Positions 28,591 through 37,176 of a stretch of 64,000 nucleotides of DNA are shown here, piece by piece (position 1 is the stretch's first letter; each line of letters starts with the position of its first letter). The DNA lies in the IMG/VR virus record IMGVR_UViG_2744054895_000001, positions 1 to 64,000 of that record; one strand, given 5' to 3'. The DNA is from a virus (Duplodnaviria; Caudoviricetes). Both the position numbers and the translations under genes were made by a program. A model generated the notes under the pieces. The model was given only the letters and a program-made list of their open reading frames with translations, searched no databases and had not been told where the DNA came from.

Positions 28591-28797
28591 ATGAAGGAAA
28601 TTGGGGTCAGGGATCTTCGGCAAGACCTCGCCGACCACCTCGACCAGACTCAGTGGAACGGCCAGTTCGTCCGGATCACGCGCAACGGCAAGACAGCCGG
28701 CTTCCTCGTCCCGCCGCAGTTCGCCGACCAGGTCGAGGCGTTGGCGGCTACGCAGCCATCGGAAGCTGACGCAGAGAGCGCTCCAGGTTCTCCCTGA
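28591..28797 (+). CDS. Phd/YefM family antitoxin-like DNA-binding protein
   Basis: MKEIGVRDLRQDL..L......ITRNGK.AGFLVP. Confidence 0.75.
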   Translation: MKEIGVRDLRQDLADHLDQTQWNGQFVRITRNGKTAGFLVPPQFADQVEALAATQPSEADAESAPGSP

Positions 28798-30385
28798 GCG
28801 TCTCCACGTCGTTGACGACCCGGCCATCTTCGTCGGCGCCGCGTCCGTCGAGGATGGCGGCGGCGGTGCGGGTCTTGAACTGCCGGCGCTGGCTGCGCCG
28901 CTCCTCGACCGTGCCGACCGCCATGAGGTCGATGACCTGGACGGTGTCGTGCTGGCTGGAGGCTCGCACGTGTCGGGTGTCCTGCTGGTCCTGCGCGCCC
29001 GCGCTGTCCCTCTGGTCGAAGTTGATGAGGATGCGGGCTTCCGGAAGGTCGAGACCGTACCCGCCGGCACCGGAAGCCAGGAAGAGTCGCACGTCCTTCT
29101 CGTAGGAGAAGAGGGCCTTTGCTTCTGCCTTCTGGAGAGCGCTGTGGTCTCCGGTGAAGGCAACCGAGCGGTACTGGGGCATGGCCTCGGCGATGATCCG
29201 GAGCACGCCCTTGAAGAACGAGAAGACCACCACCTTCAGGTCGGGATCCCGCATCAGTTCCTTCCGGAGAAGCCGGCTGAGTTCCTCCAGCTTGGGCGAG
29301 TGGTCCAGGCCGTCGAGGATCCCCGACTCCGTGAGCGTCAGGCAGTACTTGCTGCCGCCCTTGCCGGCCACGTATCGCGTCGCCGAGTCCCGGATCAGGG
29401 CGGGGTGGTCGACGAGCATGTGCAGGGCCAGCAGTCGGCCCATCACGCGCCCCTGCGCGGTGTCCTCGGTGGGCTTGGCCTTGCCCGAGTAGAGCGCGGC
29501 CAGGTCGATGCTGCCGGAGCCGTGGCCGGCCGCCTTGGACAGCTCGAACAGTGTGTCCTTGGCGATGCGGCGATAGACCTTCGCGGTGGCCTGGTCGAGG
29601 TCGACGAGGACGCTGCTGCGCTCCAAGCGCGGCATGTACTTGGCCACTTCGGGGTCCTCGCGCGTCTTCCTGACCATGGCGACGGAGACCTTCTGGTGCA
29701 GAAGGGGAAGGTTCTTGTACGCCACGGGGAAGCCTGCTCTGCCCTTCCCCTTGCTGCGGACGATGAAGGCGGGGTCGAAGTACTCCCAGGGCCCCAGGAC
29801 TTCCGGGTCGACCCACTGGAAGACAGAGAAGAGTTCTTCCGGGTTTCCGTTGTCCATGACCGTTCCGGTCAGCCCGATGCGGTGGTCGGCCTTGATCCGC
29901 TTGATCTTCCGGGTGCGCTCGGCGTTGAACGTCTTGATGAGGGACGCCTCGTCAGCCACCACGATGCCCGGCTTGATCTTCCGAACGTCGGTCCAGTCGT
30001 GGACGAGATTCTCGTAGGCGGTGACGACGTAGTCCGGCTGGTGGTCCTGGATGTAGTCGAACTGCTTCCTCTTCTGCTGCGGGGTGCCGTCGATGACGGT
30101 GCAGTGATGGTCGGTCGGCACGACGATGTGCGCCTTGCCGACCTTGCGCTGCTTGGTGTCGACGTCGGTGAACTGGGCGATTCGCTCGGCCCACTGCCAC
30201 TTCAGTGCGGCCGGCACGACGACCATGCAGGTGATGTGCTTGTCGGTGTCCATGAGCATCTCGGCGGCGGCGATGGCCATTACGGTCTTGCCGGTGCCCA
30301 TGCCGTAGGCGGCGAGCATGGATCCGCGGTCGACGATGCGGTCGACGTCGTCGGCCTGGTAGGGGTGCAGGAGTCCCACGAACAT
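28748..30385 (-). CDS. SNF2-family helicase
   Basis: LHPYQ, MGTGKT, DEAS, LTGT, SPKL, GLDL motifs. Confidence 0.85.
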   Translation of the reverse strand: MFVGLLHPYQADDVDRIVDRGSMLAAYGMGTGKTVMAIAAAEMLMDTDKHITCMVVVPAALKWQWAERIAQFTDVDTKQRKVGKAHIVVPTDHHCTVIDGTPQQKRKQFDYIQDHQPDYVVTAYENLVHDWTDVRKIKPGIVVADEASLIKTFNAERTRKIKRIKADHRIGLTGTVMDNGNPEELFSVFQWVDPEVLGPWEYFDPAFIVRSKGKGRAGFPVAYKNLPLLHQKVSVAMVRKTREDPEVAKYMPRLERSSVLVDLDQATAKVYRRIAKDTLFELSKAAGHGSGSIDLAALYSGKAKPTEDTAQGRVMGRLLALHMLVDHPALIRDSATRYVAGKGGSKYCLTLTESGILDGLDHSPKLEELSRLLRKELMRDPDLKVVVFSFFKGVLRIIAEAMPQYRSVAFTGDHSALQKAEAKALFSYEKDVRLFLASGAGGYGLDLPEARILINFDQRDSAGAQDQQDTRHVRASSQHDTVQVIDLMAVGTVEERRSQRRQFKTRTAAAILDGRGADEDGRVVNDVETLRENLERSLRQLPMAA

Positions 30386-31362
30386 CAGCGCCTCCCGAAG
30401 GCGGACAGTCGGCGCATCATCGGGTGGTAGGCGCCCTCGTACGCGGCCCGGTTCTGCTCGGGTGTCATCTCGCCGGGGTCCTTCACGGCCAGGTCGCCGT
30501 AGTCGAAGTAGCGGACGAGTAGGCCGGTGCCGTGGAAGTGGTCGAAGACCTTCCTGCGCTCGCGCTTGCCGTCGTGGTCGTTGTCGTGGGCGTCGACCAG
30601 TCGGCTGAGGCGTCCGCCGAGGATGTGGAACTGCTTGGGCGTGAGGATGGCACCGTAGCTCGCGAGCCCGCCGGCTATGCCGGCCGCCCACAGAACGGCG
30701 ATGTCGATGGGCGATTCCACGAGGACGCCTTCCTCGCCGTCGAGGGCTTGGAGACCGAAGAGGGAGTCGCCCTTCTGCATGCCTTCCGGGAAGTTGAGGA
30801 AGTGCCCCTTCCCCTTCTCCTGCCAGCCCAGAAGCTTCCCCTTCTCGTCGCGGACGGGGAAGATCCAGAGCCGCCGCTTCGGGTCCCAGAGGATCTCGAA
30901 ACGGTCCGCTGCCTCGGCGGTGATGCCCTTGGAGGCGAGGGCCTTGGCCGGCGGCTCAGTGAACAGGGCGAGGTGTGCTTCCGTGACCTCTTCCGTCTCC
31001 CGCTTCTTGGCGTAGGTTTCGCCGGCTAGGAGGCGTACCGCCCGGTCGATGACGCCCTGGTCGCTCACCCACTGGACGGCGTCGTCCTCGCCCTGACCGC
31101 GGGTCTCCTCGGCGAGCCGGACGAAGGGGCCCTTGAAGGCGCAGGAGAAGCAGAGGAAGACTCCGGTGTCCTTGTGCACGTAGCAGGAAGGGTTCCGGTC
31201 TTCCTTCCCCTTCCGCCGCAGGTGTGCCGGGCAGGGGATCCGCCAGTTCTCGGAGTCTTCCCCCACGATCTCGATGCCCAGCTTCCCGAGGGCCGAGAGG
31301 ACGTCGCCGGGGATCGGCGCGTCGAAGAGGTCCTGGTTACCAGCCCGCGTACGCCGGGACAT
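30385..31362 (-). CDS. DNA primase (Zn finger + Toprim)
   Basis: CPAH...CFSC; VESPID; DNDHDG; KDPGE. Confidence 0.85.
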   Translation of the reverse strand: MSRRTRAGNQDLFDAPIPGDVLSALGKLGIEIVGEDSENWRIPCPAHLRRKGKEDRNPSCYVHKDTGVFLCFSCAFKGPFVRLAEETRGQGEDDAVQWVSDQGVIDRAVRLLAGETYAKKRETEEVTEAHLALFTEPPAKALASKGITAEAADRFEILWDPKRRLWIFPVRDEKGKLLGWQEKGKGHFLNFPEGMQKGDSLFGLQALDGEEGVLVESPIDIAVLWAAGIAGGLASYGAILTPKQFHILGGRLSRLVDAHDNDHDGKRERRKVFDHFHGTGLLVRYFDYGDLAVKDPGEMTPEQNRAAYEGAYHPMMRRLSAFGRR

Positions 31363-32614
31363 CGTCGTCCGCCTCCTCACCGAAGGGGTCGCCCTGCTGC
31401 TCGATCAGCGAGCCGGAGTCCCAGTCGAGCTTCACGAACCACTCGTCCTTGGGGACGTTGCGGCCGGCCAGCACCTTGAGCTTGTAGAACATGGGATCGT
31501 CGGTCTGCTCGACGCCGAGCGCGAGGGTGGCGTCCTGAGCGAACGCGCTGGTGTAGCCCATGGAGCCGGAGTTGAGGCCGTTGGAGCCGAGCTTGCTGCG
31601 CAGGGCCTGCGTGGTGACGACGAACGGGAGGGCGTTGCGGGCCGCCATGCGCTTGATGCCACGGGAGATGTTGGTCATGGCCAGCGGGGTCTGCTGCTCA
31701 CCGGAGACGGCGTCCACGAAAAAGTACGCACCGTCGATGATCACCGCGTCGGGCTTGTACTCGTCGATCTTGGCCTGGACGTTGTCGAGGGTCATCCGGG
31801 CGGAAGGGTCCTCGGCGATGATGTAGTCGCCCATTCCTTCCAGCTTCCGCATGGCCTTCTCCAGCCGCTTCCACTCCAGCTCGTTGAGTTCGCCGGCTCG
31901 GAGCTTGCGCTGGCTGATGCCGGCCAGGAAGGCGTCCAGGCGCTCGGAGATCTCCATGGCGGACATCTCGAAGGAGAAGAGCAGGGGGCGGGCGCCGACA
32001 GCGTGCATGGCTCGGGTGATGGCCAGAAGGGTTGTGGTCTTGTTCGACTTCTCCAGGCCGGTGAGGGTGACCATCTGGCCAGCCTGGAGGCCGAGGGTGA
32101 GCCGGTCGAGGGAGGGGAAGCCGGTCGGAAGACCTATCAGCTCCCCTTCCTCCCGCTCCGCGTACGAGCGGTAGGTGGCGAGACGGTCATCGACGGTCTT
32201 GGCCCAGTTGAAGTCGTTGCCGACGGGGGTGTCTTCGGCGACCTTGCTGATCAGGGCGCGGACGATGTCGAGGGCGTGGTCGGTGTCGCCCTGGGCGACG
32301 AGTGCCTCGACCGCGGCATTGAGACCGCGCTCGGTCAGCGCCGTGCGGCGCCGGTCGCGGATCCGGTCGATGAGGTACTCGATCGGCTCTTCGACCTCGG
32401 CGACCTCGAACGTCGGGTGGTCGGCGCGCACCGCGTCGAGGGTCGGCGCCATGCCGTACTCGGCGTTGTAGGCGATCATGTCCTCGAACACGCGCCGGAT
32501 CTCACTGTTGGTGATGTGCCGGGGCTTGATCTTGGCGTTGAGAACCGAGGTGATGTCACCTGTCTGGATGATCTTGCACAGCAGCTTGTGCTCGTGCGAC
32601 AGGACCGCCGTCAC
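31337..32614 (-). CDS. DnaB-like replicative helicase
   Basis: PTGFPSLD..T.GL..G, GLEKSNKTT, FSFEM, IIDG, TTQ, QDA. Confidence 0.85.
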   Translation of the reverse strand: MTAVLSHEHKLLCKIIQTGDITSVLNAKIKPRHITNSEIRRVFEDMIAYNAEYGMAPTLDAVRADHPTFEVAEVEEPIEYLIDRIRDRRRTALTERGLNAAVEALVAQGDTDHALDIVRALISKVAEDTPVGNDFNWAKTVDDRLATYRSYAEREEGELIGLPTGFPSLDRLTLGLQAGQMVTLTGLEKSNKTTTLLAITRAMHAVGARPLLFSFEMSAMEISERLDAFLAGISQRKLRAGELNELEWKRLEKAMRKLEGMGDYIIAEDPSARMTLDNVQAKIDEYKPDAVIIDGAYFFVDAVSGEQQTPLAMTNISRGIKRMAARNALPFVVTTQALRSKLGSNGLNSGSMGYTSAFAQDATLALGVEQTDDPMFYKLKVLAGRNVPKDEWFVKLDWDSGSLIEQQGDPFGEEADDDVPAYAGW

Positions 32615-32841
32615 TGCTCTCCCTTCAGGGCCGCGATGGTGGTGTTGATCAGGACCGTCTTGCCGGTGCGCCTGGGCCGCTCGACGTGGAGCCGGAAGGT
32701 CGACCAGTCGGGATCGACACCGTCAAGGCGCATCTGCGCGAGGATCGCGACCAGGCCGGAGCGTTCAATGCGACGCACTTGGTGGCGTGGAAGCCATGCC
32801 GGCAGCTCGAAGCTGTGCTCGTAGGTGCAGGCGTGCGTCAC
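32611..32841 (-). CDS. Hypothetical protein
   Basis: GTGA-coupled at both ends. Confidence 0.55.
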   Translation of the reverse strand: MTHACTYEHSFELPAWLPRHQVRRIERSGLVAILAQMRLDGVDPDWSTFRLHVERPRRTGKTVLINTTIAALKGEQ

Positions 32842-33653
32842 GCGGCGCTCTCCTCCTCGACGAAGCAGCCGCAGCCGCCGATGTCGTACGGATCGACGTT
32901 GATCTGCTCGGCCTCGACGCGCTCGCGGAAATCCTGAAGCGTCATGGGCTTGGTGATGCCGCCGCGTCGGTCCCGGAGAATGGCGATGTCCTTGCCGAGG
33001 TAGTTCCGCAGGTCTTGCTCCTGTTGCTCGTGGTAGGCGTAGCGGTCGGGCATGACCTTCAGGAGGTTCTTGAACTGGGCCTGGCCGCTACGGACGCAGA
33101 ACCCGCCACAGTTGGCGTGGGCAAAGCCGAGGCTGTAAAGCCGGGGAGGTTTGATGCCCCGCTGCTGGAGCTGCTCCAGAATGTCGTCCTTGTCGAGGTA
33201 GGGCGGCTCGCACAGCGGCGCTACAGCCGTGTAGGGCAGGTAGGCCCGCTGGATGGCCGGCAGGCGGTGCGCCTCGCTCCAGTCGATGCCGACGTAGACG
33301 GTGGTCTCCGCCGGGTCGCAGTTGGCCTCCAGCCACTTGCGCGCCGGCCGCTGCTTGAGGAGCTTGGAGCAGTTCGACAGGCGGGTGTTGCCGAGGAATC
33401 GGTCGTCCCGGAAGACCTGCCATATGTCGCGTCCCTCGGTCAGCCAGACCAGTTGTCCGCCGAGGTCCCAGGCGGCCTGTCGCAGGAAGCGGTAGTTGTC
33501 CTTGTCTTCGCCGGCGTGCGGGCTGAGGTTGGTTCCCTTGACGTCGGAGAAAACGAGGTAGAGGTTCTCGTTGTCGTGCTGCTCGACAACGCGCCGGGCC
33601 GCAGCCCAGGACCCTGCTCCGCTGCTGAACATGACCACGTGCTTATGCGGCAC
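32838..33653 (-). CDS. PP-loop/PAPS-reductase-like protein with Cys motifs
   Basis: VMFSSGAGSW, ED.D.YRF, CS..LK, PRLY.LGF.HANCGGFCV, GGCGCF. Confidence 0.7.
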   Translation of the reverse strand: MPHKHVVMFSSGAGSWAAARRVVEQHDNENLYLVFSDVKGTNLSPHAGEDKDNYRFLRQAAWDLGGQLVWLTEGRDIWQVFRDDRFLGNTRLSNCSKLLKQRPARKWLEANCDPAETTVYVGIDWSEAHRLPAIQRAYLPYTAVAPLCEPPYLDKDDILEQLQQRGIKPPRLYSLGFAHANCGGFCVRSGQAQFKNLLKVMPDRYAYHEQQEQDLRNYLGKDIAILRDRRGGITKPMTLQDFRERVEAEQINVDPYDIGGCGCFVEEESAA

Positions 33654-34341
33654 GGCGGAGGTCCTCTCCGGTCATCGGGACGACCTCGCAGGCTTCCGAC
33701 AGGAAGCTCTGCATGGAGGGGTTGTAGACCTTGTCCCAGTCGCCGGGCTTGTTGTTGCTGGTGAGGATGGTCGGCAGGGCGTTGCGGTACCGGCCGCGGA
33801 TGAGGGCGTCGAAGACATCGGCCGCGTATCCGGAGGCGGTGTGGTGCTCCTTACCCATGTCGTCGAGGACGACCAATGGCCAGGTGAGGACCTTGTCCAG
33901 GAGTTTCTGGAGGGCCATGAACTTCTCGCGGGCGAACTCGTCGCCGGTCGCCTGGTAGAGATCCCGCCAGTTGCGGTGCTCGATCAGGGCCTGGACGTAG
34001 TCAGCGAACGGGACGAACAGGATGCGGCCGGCCCCGCCTGGGTGTCGCTGTCGGATGGTGGCGAGTACCGCGCACGCCGTTGTCGTCTTGCCCGTGCCGG
34101 CGTTGCCAAAGAGCAGCAGCCCCTTGCCGATGTGGCAGCGATCCTCAGGTATGTCGGCCATCGTCGCGTCGGCCGGGATGTGGCGCTCACGCCAAGTTGC
34201 GACGAAGTCTTCGACGGCCTTGCGGACGTGGGGCTGGAGCCGGGTCAGGGACTCGATCCCAAGGCCCCAGTGCTGCACGGGGATCCTGGCCGTCTTCCAG
34301 ACCAGGCTCGTGTCTCTGTCTGGCGCTTCGGCTGTCTGCAC
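33643..34341 (-). CDS. DnaC/IstB-like AAA+ helicase loader
   Basis: GLLLFGNAGTGKT, VVLDDMGKE, PTILTSN, GEDLR. Confidence 0.85.
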   Translation of the reverse strand: MQTAEAPDRDTSLVWKTARIPVQHWGLGIESLTRLQPHVRKAVEDFVATWRERHIPADATMADIPEDRCHIGKGLLLFGNAGTGKTTTACAVLATIRQRHPGGAGRILFVPFADYVQALIEHRNWRDLYQATGDEFAREKFMALQKLLDKVLTWPLVVLDDMGKEHHTASGYAADVFDALIRGRYRNALPTILTSNNKPGDWDKVYNPSMQSFLSEACEVVPMTGEDLRRAA

Positions 34342-34374
34342 GGTCCTCCTCCTTGCGGTAACGCGAGGAGCACA

Positions 34375-34422
34375 TTGAACCACAACTTGTGGAACAACTT
34401 AACGTGCAAGTTGTTGGTCACC
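34375..34422. promoter_or_regulatory. Tandem 12-bp palindromic motif array (4 units) between the initiator and loader genes
   Basis: TTGAACCACAAC TTGTGGAACAAC TTAACGTGCAAG TTGTTGGTCACC. Confidence 0.65.
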
Positions 34423-35365
34423 ATGCCCAGTCGCCAGCCGGTTGGTCCCCGGAAGGCCCATCCCAGCCTTGGTAGACCGCGTCCGGGTGCTCCTTCAGCG
34501 CCTCCACCTCGCGCCCCTTGCGGATCGCGTCGATCAGCAGGGCGCGCTTGCCGATGAAGTCCTGCCACGCGAGCGCACGCGGGTTCCGCAGTCCCTCCGT
34601 GGTCGCGTAAAGCGCGCTCATCTCGCGCAGTTCGTCCGGCGTCAGACCGGCGCCCTTGAGCTTCACGAAGTGGCTGGCCAACGCTCTGAGGTTGCTCTCC
34701 AGCCCGAACGCCCACGGCTGCTCCTCGACGGTTTCCCGCCAGTGCCGAGCCAGGCCAGGTCCGGTGTCCGGCCCAGGCTGGCGGCGCCCAGTGACCTTCT
34801 GCCGACGGTCGGCGCCCCAGCCACCTCGGGGCTGTTCCTGGGGCTCCTGAGCTGCTTTCTCGTCGTCCCACAAGCCCATGGACTTCGCCGGGTCGTAGGC
34901 ATCCTCCTCGGCCGCCCGCCGCTTCTCCTCGGCTCGCCGGGAGGCCCTGCGCGGAGCCGTGCGCGAAGCGTGCGGGCCTTCCGAAGGAAGGAGATTCTTT
35001 GAATCTCCTTCTTGTTGCGCCACTTTTGGCGTGACCCCTACGCCACATCTGGCGTAGCCCATCTCCTCGGGTGTGGCCAGGTAGTAGTTGCACGGACCGC
35101 CAGCCCAGCGCCGCTCGGTGCGCAGCCAGCCGCTCTCTCGCAGCTCGGTGATGCGTCGCGAGACGGTTCGCAAGGACCAGTTGAGGTCCTTGGCCAGGCG
35201 CTGTTGCTTCGGGAAGGCGCAGCCGTTGCGGCCGGCGTACTTGGCCAGCAGGCACCCGAGCCGGAACGCTGCATCGGAGATCTTGTTGTCGAGGATGAAG
35301 ACGTGCGGGGTCTGGACCCACAGTTCGTGGGCCATGAGGCGGTCCTGCTCCTGGTCCTTGGTCAC
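34418..35365 (-). CDS. wHTH replication initiator-like protein
   Basis: AFRL...L..YA....AFPKQQRLA.DL..S.RTV.R.I.EL..GWL; directly upstream of the DnaC-like gene. Confidence 0.7.
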   Translation of the reverse strand: MTKDQEQDRLMAHELWVQTPHVFILDNKISDAAFRLGCLLAKYAGRNGCAFPKQQRLAKDLNWSLRTVSRRITELRESGWLRTERRWAGGPCNYYLATPEEMGYARCGVGVTPKVAQQEGDSKNLLPSEGPHASRTAPRRASRRAEEKRRAAEEDAYDPAKSMGLWDDEKAAQEPQEQPRGGWGADRRQKVTGRRQPGPDTGPGLARHWRETVEEQPWAFGLESNLRALASHFVKLKGAGLTPDELREMSALYATTEGLRNPRALAWQDFIGKRALLIDAIRKGREVEALKEHPDAVYQGWDGPSGDQPAGDWAW

Positions 35366-35622
35366 CGGCCGCCCTCGGGGGTGATCAGGCCGACAGACTT
35401 CAGCTCGGTCCACCAGCCGTTGATCTTGGGCAGGCTGTCGGGCAGTTCCTCGGCGAGGGCGACGGGCGTCATTTCGGCGCCCTCGCCGCGGGTCAGCAGG
35501 TACAGGTAGAGGCCGCGTGCTCCGCTGGATATGCGGGTGTCGGTGGCGATCTCGCGCGGGACGCTCACGGGCGCGTTGGCCCAGCCCTGGAGGGGGCCTG
35601 CCGGGTAGTCCTCGTGGCTCAT
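35362..35622 (-). CDS. Small wHTH-like protein
   Basis: D.RIS..ARGLY.YLL...LA...EL..GLI. Confidence 0.55.
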   Translation of the reverse strand: MSHEDYPAGPLQGWANAPVSVPREIATDTRISSGARGLYLYLLTRGEGAEMTPVALAEELPDSLPKINGWWTELKSVGLITPEGGR

Positions 35623-35646
35623 CTGGTCACCTCGGAAGCGTGGGAA

Positions 35647-35672
35647 GGCGGGGTGGCCGTGGCCGCCCCGCC
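35647..35672 (-). terminator. Hairpin downstream of 35684..36688
   Basis: ggcggggtggcc/ggccgccccgcc inverted repeat. Confidence 0.45.
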
Positions 35673-35683
35673 GTTGTGCCGGG

Positions 35684-36688
35684 TCAGGCAGCGACCTCGC
35701 GGATCTGGACGTTTCTGCGTGGACGGCCGCGCAGCGGTTCCCACTCGTTCGTCTTCGGGTTCAGCCACTCCTTGCGGACCTTGCCGGTCGTAGGCCGCTT
35801 CGCCGGCTTCTCTGCTGCCGGGGCCGATTCCTCGTCTGCCAGCGCGTTGGTTCGCTGCGCACCGCGTACGGCCTGCTTGGCCTTCTCCAGGCCCTTCATG
35901 GCGAGGGCGGTGATGGGGCGATAGCGGATCTCGGCAAGGTTGGCCGCGGCGTTGGACTCGTCGACCAGGCGAAGGTGTGCGACGACGGCTTCCAGAACGT
36001 CGACCACATCCCCCGCATCGGCAGCCTGAGTGGTCGTCATTTGACGGTGGGCTGCGGCGACTTCGTCCTCCAGCGTTTCCGCCGGTTCGTCGGCCGCCGG
36101 CTGCTCGGGGAGCGGGACGAGGGTCTGGGTGCCGCCCTTGCAGGGCTCCTCGGCGTCCTCCGCCGCCGCGCCCTCTTCCGGCTCGTCCTCCTGCTGGGTT
36201 TCCTCGGGCTCGGGCTCCGGCGGCGTGATCTGCTTCAGCGCGTCGCGCAGGTCCAGGACGGTGATGTCCTCGTCGAGGGCGTAGTCGACCAGGTCGCGGA
36301 GTTCGTCGTCGCCCTCGTCACCGGCCACGAGCAGGTATCGGCCGCCGTCGCGCTCGGCGAGGGTGCGGCCGAGGACGGTGTAGAGCTCGTCGTCCCGAGC
36401 GGGGACGGCGTCCTCGGCGTTGTCGCGGATGACCTTGGACGCCTTGTCGAGGGTCTGGGCGACGATCGCGGTGTAGGGCACCTCGGGGTTGACGTTGCCG
36501 GACCAGTTGTAGACGACCTTGACGGCGGGCGTTACACGCTCGGCAGCGGCCGGGATGACGAGGAGGACTTCGTTGTCCGTGGTGGGCTTGCCGTTGGCGT
36601 CGATGCCGAGCCAGTCGTCGAGCAGTTCGTAGACGGTGTCCCTGTTGACGGGGCCAGCCCCGGCGACAGCGATGTGGGTGGTGGCCAA
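35684..36688 (-). CDS. Hypothetical protein with acidic linker and C-terminal RGRPR motif
   Basis: TTG start with AAGGAG RBS; first gene of the replication block. Confidence 0.6.
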   Translation of the reverse strand: MATTHIAVAGAGPVNRDTVYELLDDWLGIDANGKPTTDNEVLLVIPAAAERVTPAVKVVYNWSGNVNPEVPYTAIVAQTLDKASKVIRDNAEDAVPARDDELYTVLGRTLAERDGGRYLLVAGDEGDDELRDLVDYALDEDITVLDLRDALKQITPPEPEPEETQQEDEPEEGAAAEDAEEPCKGGTQTLVPLPEQPAADEPAETLEDEVAAAHRQMTTTQAADAGDVVDVLEAVVAHLRLVDESNAAANLAEIRYRPITALAMKGLEKAKQAVRGAQRTNALADEESAPAAEKPAKRPTTGKVRKEWLNPKTNEWEPLRGRPRRNVQIREVAA

Positions 36689-36747
36689 ATGTGCTCCTTG
36701 TGCGGGCACGTCGCGCCCTCCGGGCGGACGCGCCGGATGATCAAGAC

Positions 36748-36795
36748 TTGTTGGACATCTTAACGCACAAGTTGTGGAACAAGTTGGCAGACAAG
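36748..36795. promoter_or_regulatory. Tandem 12-bp palindromic motif array (4 units)
   Basis: TTGTTGGACATC TTAACGCACAAG TTGTGGAACAAG TTGGCAGACAAG. Confidence 0.65.
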
Positions 36796-36798
36796 CGG

Positions 36799-36830
36799 CG
36801 AGCCCGCCCCTTGAGCTCGGGACGGGCTCG
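36799..36830 (-). terminator. Terminator at the end of the structural operon
   Basis: cgagcccg/cgggctcg stem just after the holin stop. Confidence 0.55.
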
Positions 36831-36845
36831 TAGCGAGCGGCTCGG

Positions 36846-37160
36846 TCAGCCTTCGGCGTCGGCCGTCGCTGGGGCCTTGTAGAGCGCCTTGGCGAGCAGC
36901 TCCTGGAGCGTGGTGCCCTTGTAGATGCCGTAGTGTGCGGCGACGCCGAACACGAAGGCGGTAGCCGCGCTCCAGCCGGCGACGCCCAGGTTGAAGGTGG
37001 CAGGGTCCGAGACGTACTCGGTGCCCAGACCGCCCGCTGCGGACAGCGCGGCGAGGATGGTGCCCTTGACCCAACCGGCCCAGGTCTCCTTGGAAACCAC
37101 AGCGACCAGCAGGGGAAGCCCGGCGCCTACCAGCAGATTGACAATGCTTACTCGGTCCAT
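36846..37160 (-). CDS. Putative holin
   Basis: 104 aa with three TM segments, at the end of the tail operon. Confidence 0.65.
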   Translation of the reverse strand: MDRVSIVNLLVGAGLPLLVAVVSKETWAGWVKGTILAALSAAGGLGTEYVSDPATFNLGVAGWSAATAFVFGVAAHYGIYKGTTLQELLAKALYKAPATADAEG

Positions 37161-37176
37161 TGACACTCCAAAATTC

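Noticed and set aside
32025-32070. Atypical DnaB Walker A (GLEKSNKT)
   Set aside because: The catalytic Lys-Thr and other motifs are retained; a single variant residue is not enough to claim altered function
19435-32614. Inteins or introns in nrdJ, polA or dnaB
   Set aside because: Lengths and motif spacing are normal and no splice-junction motifs were seen
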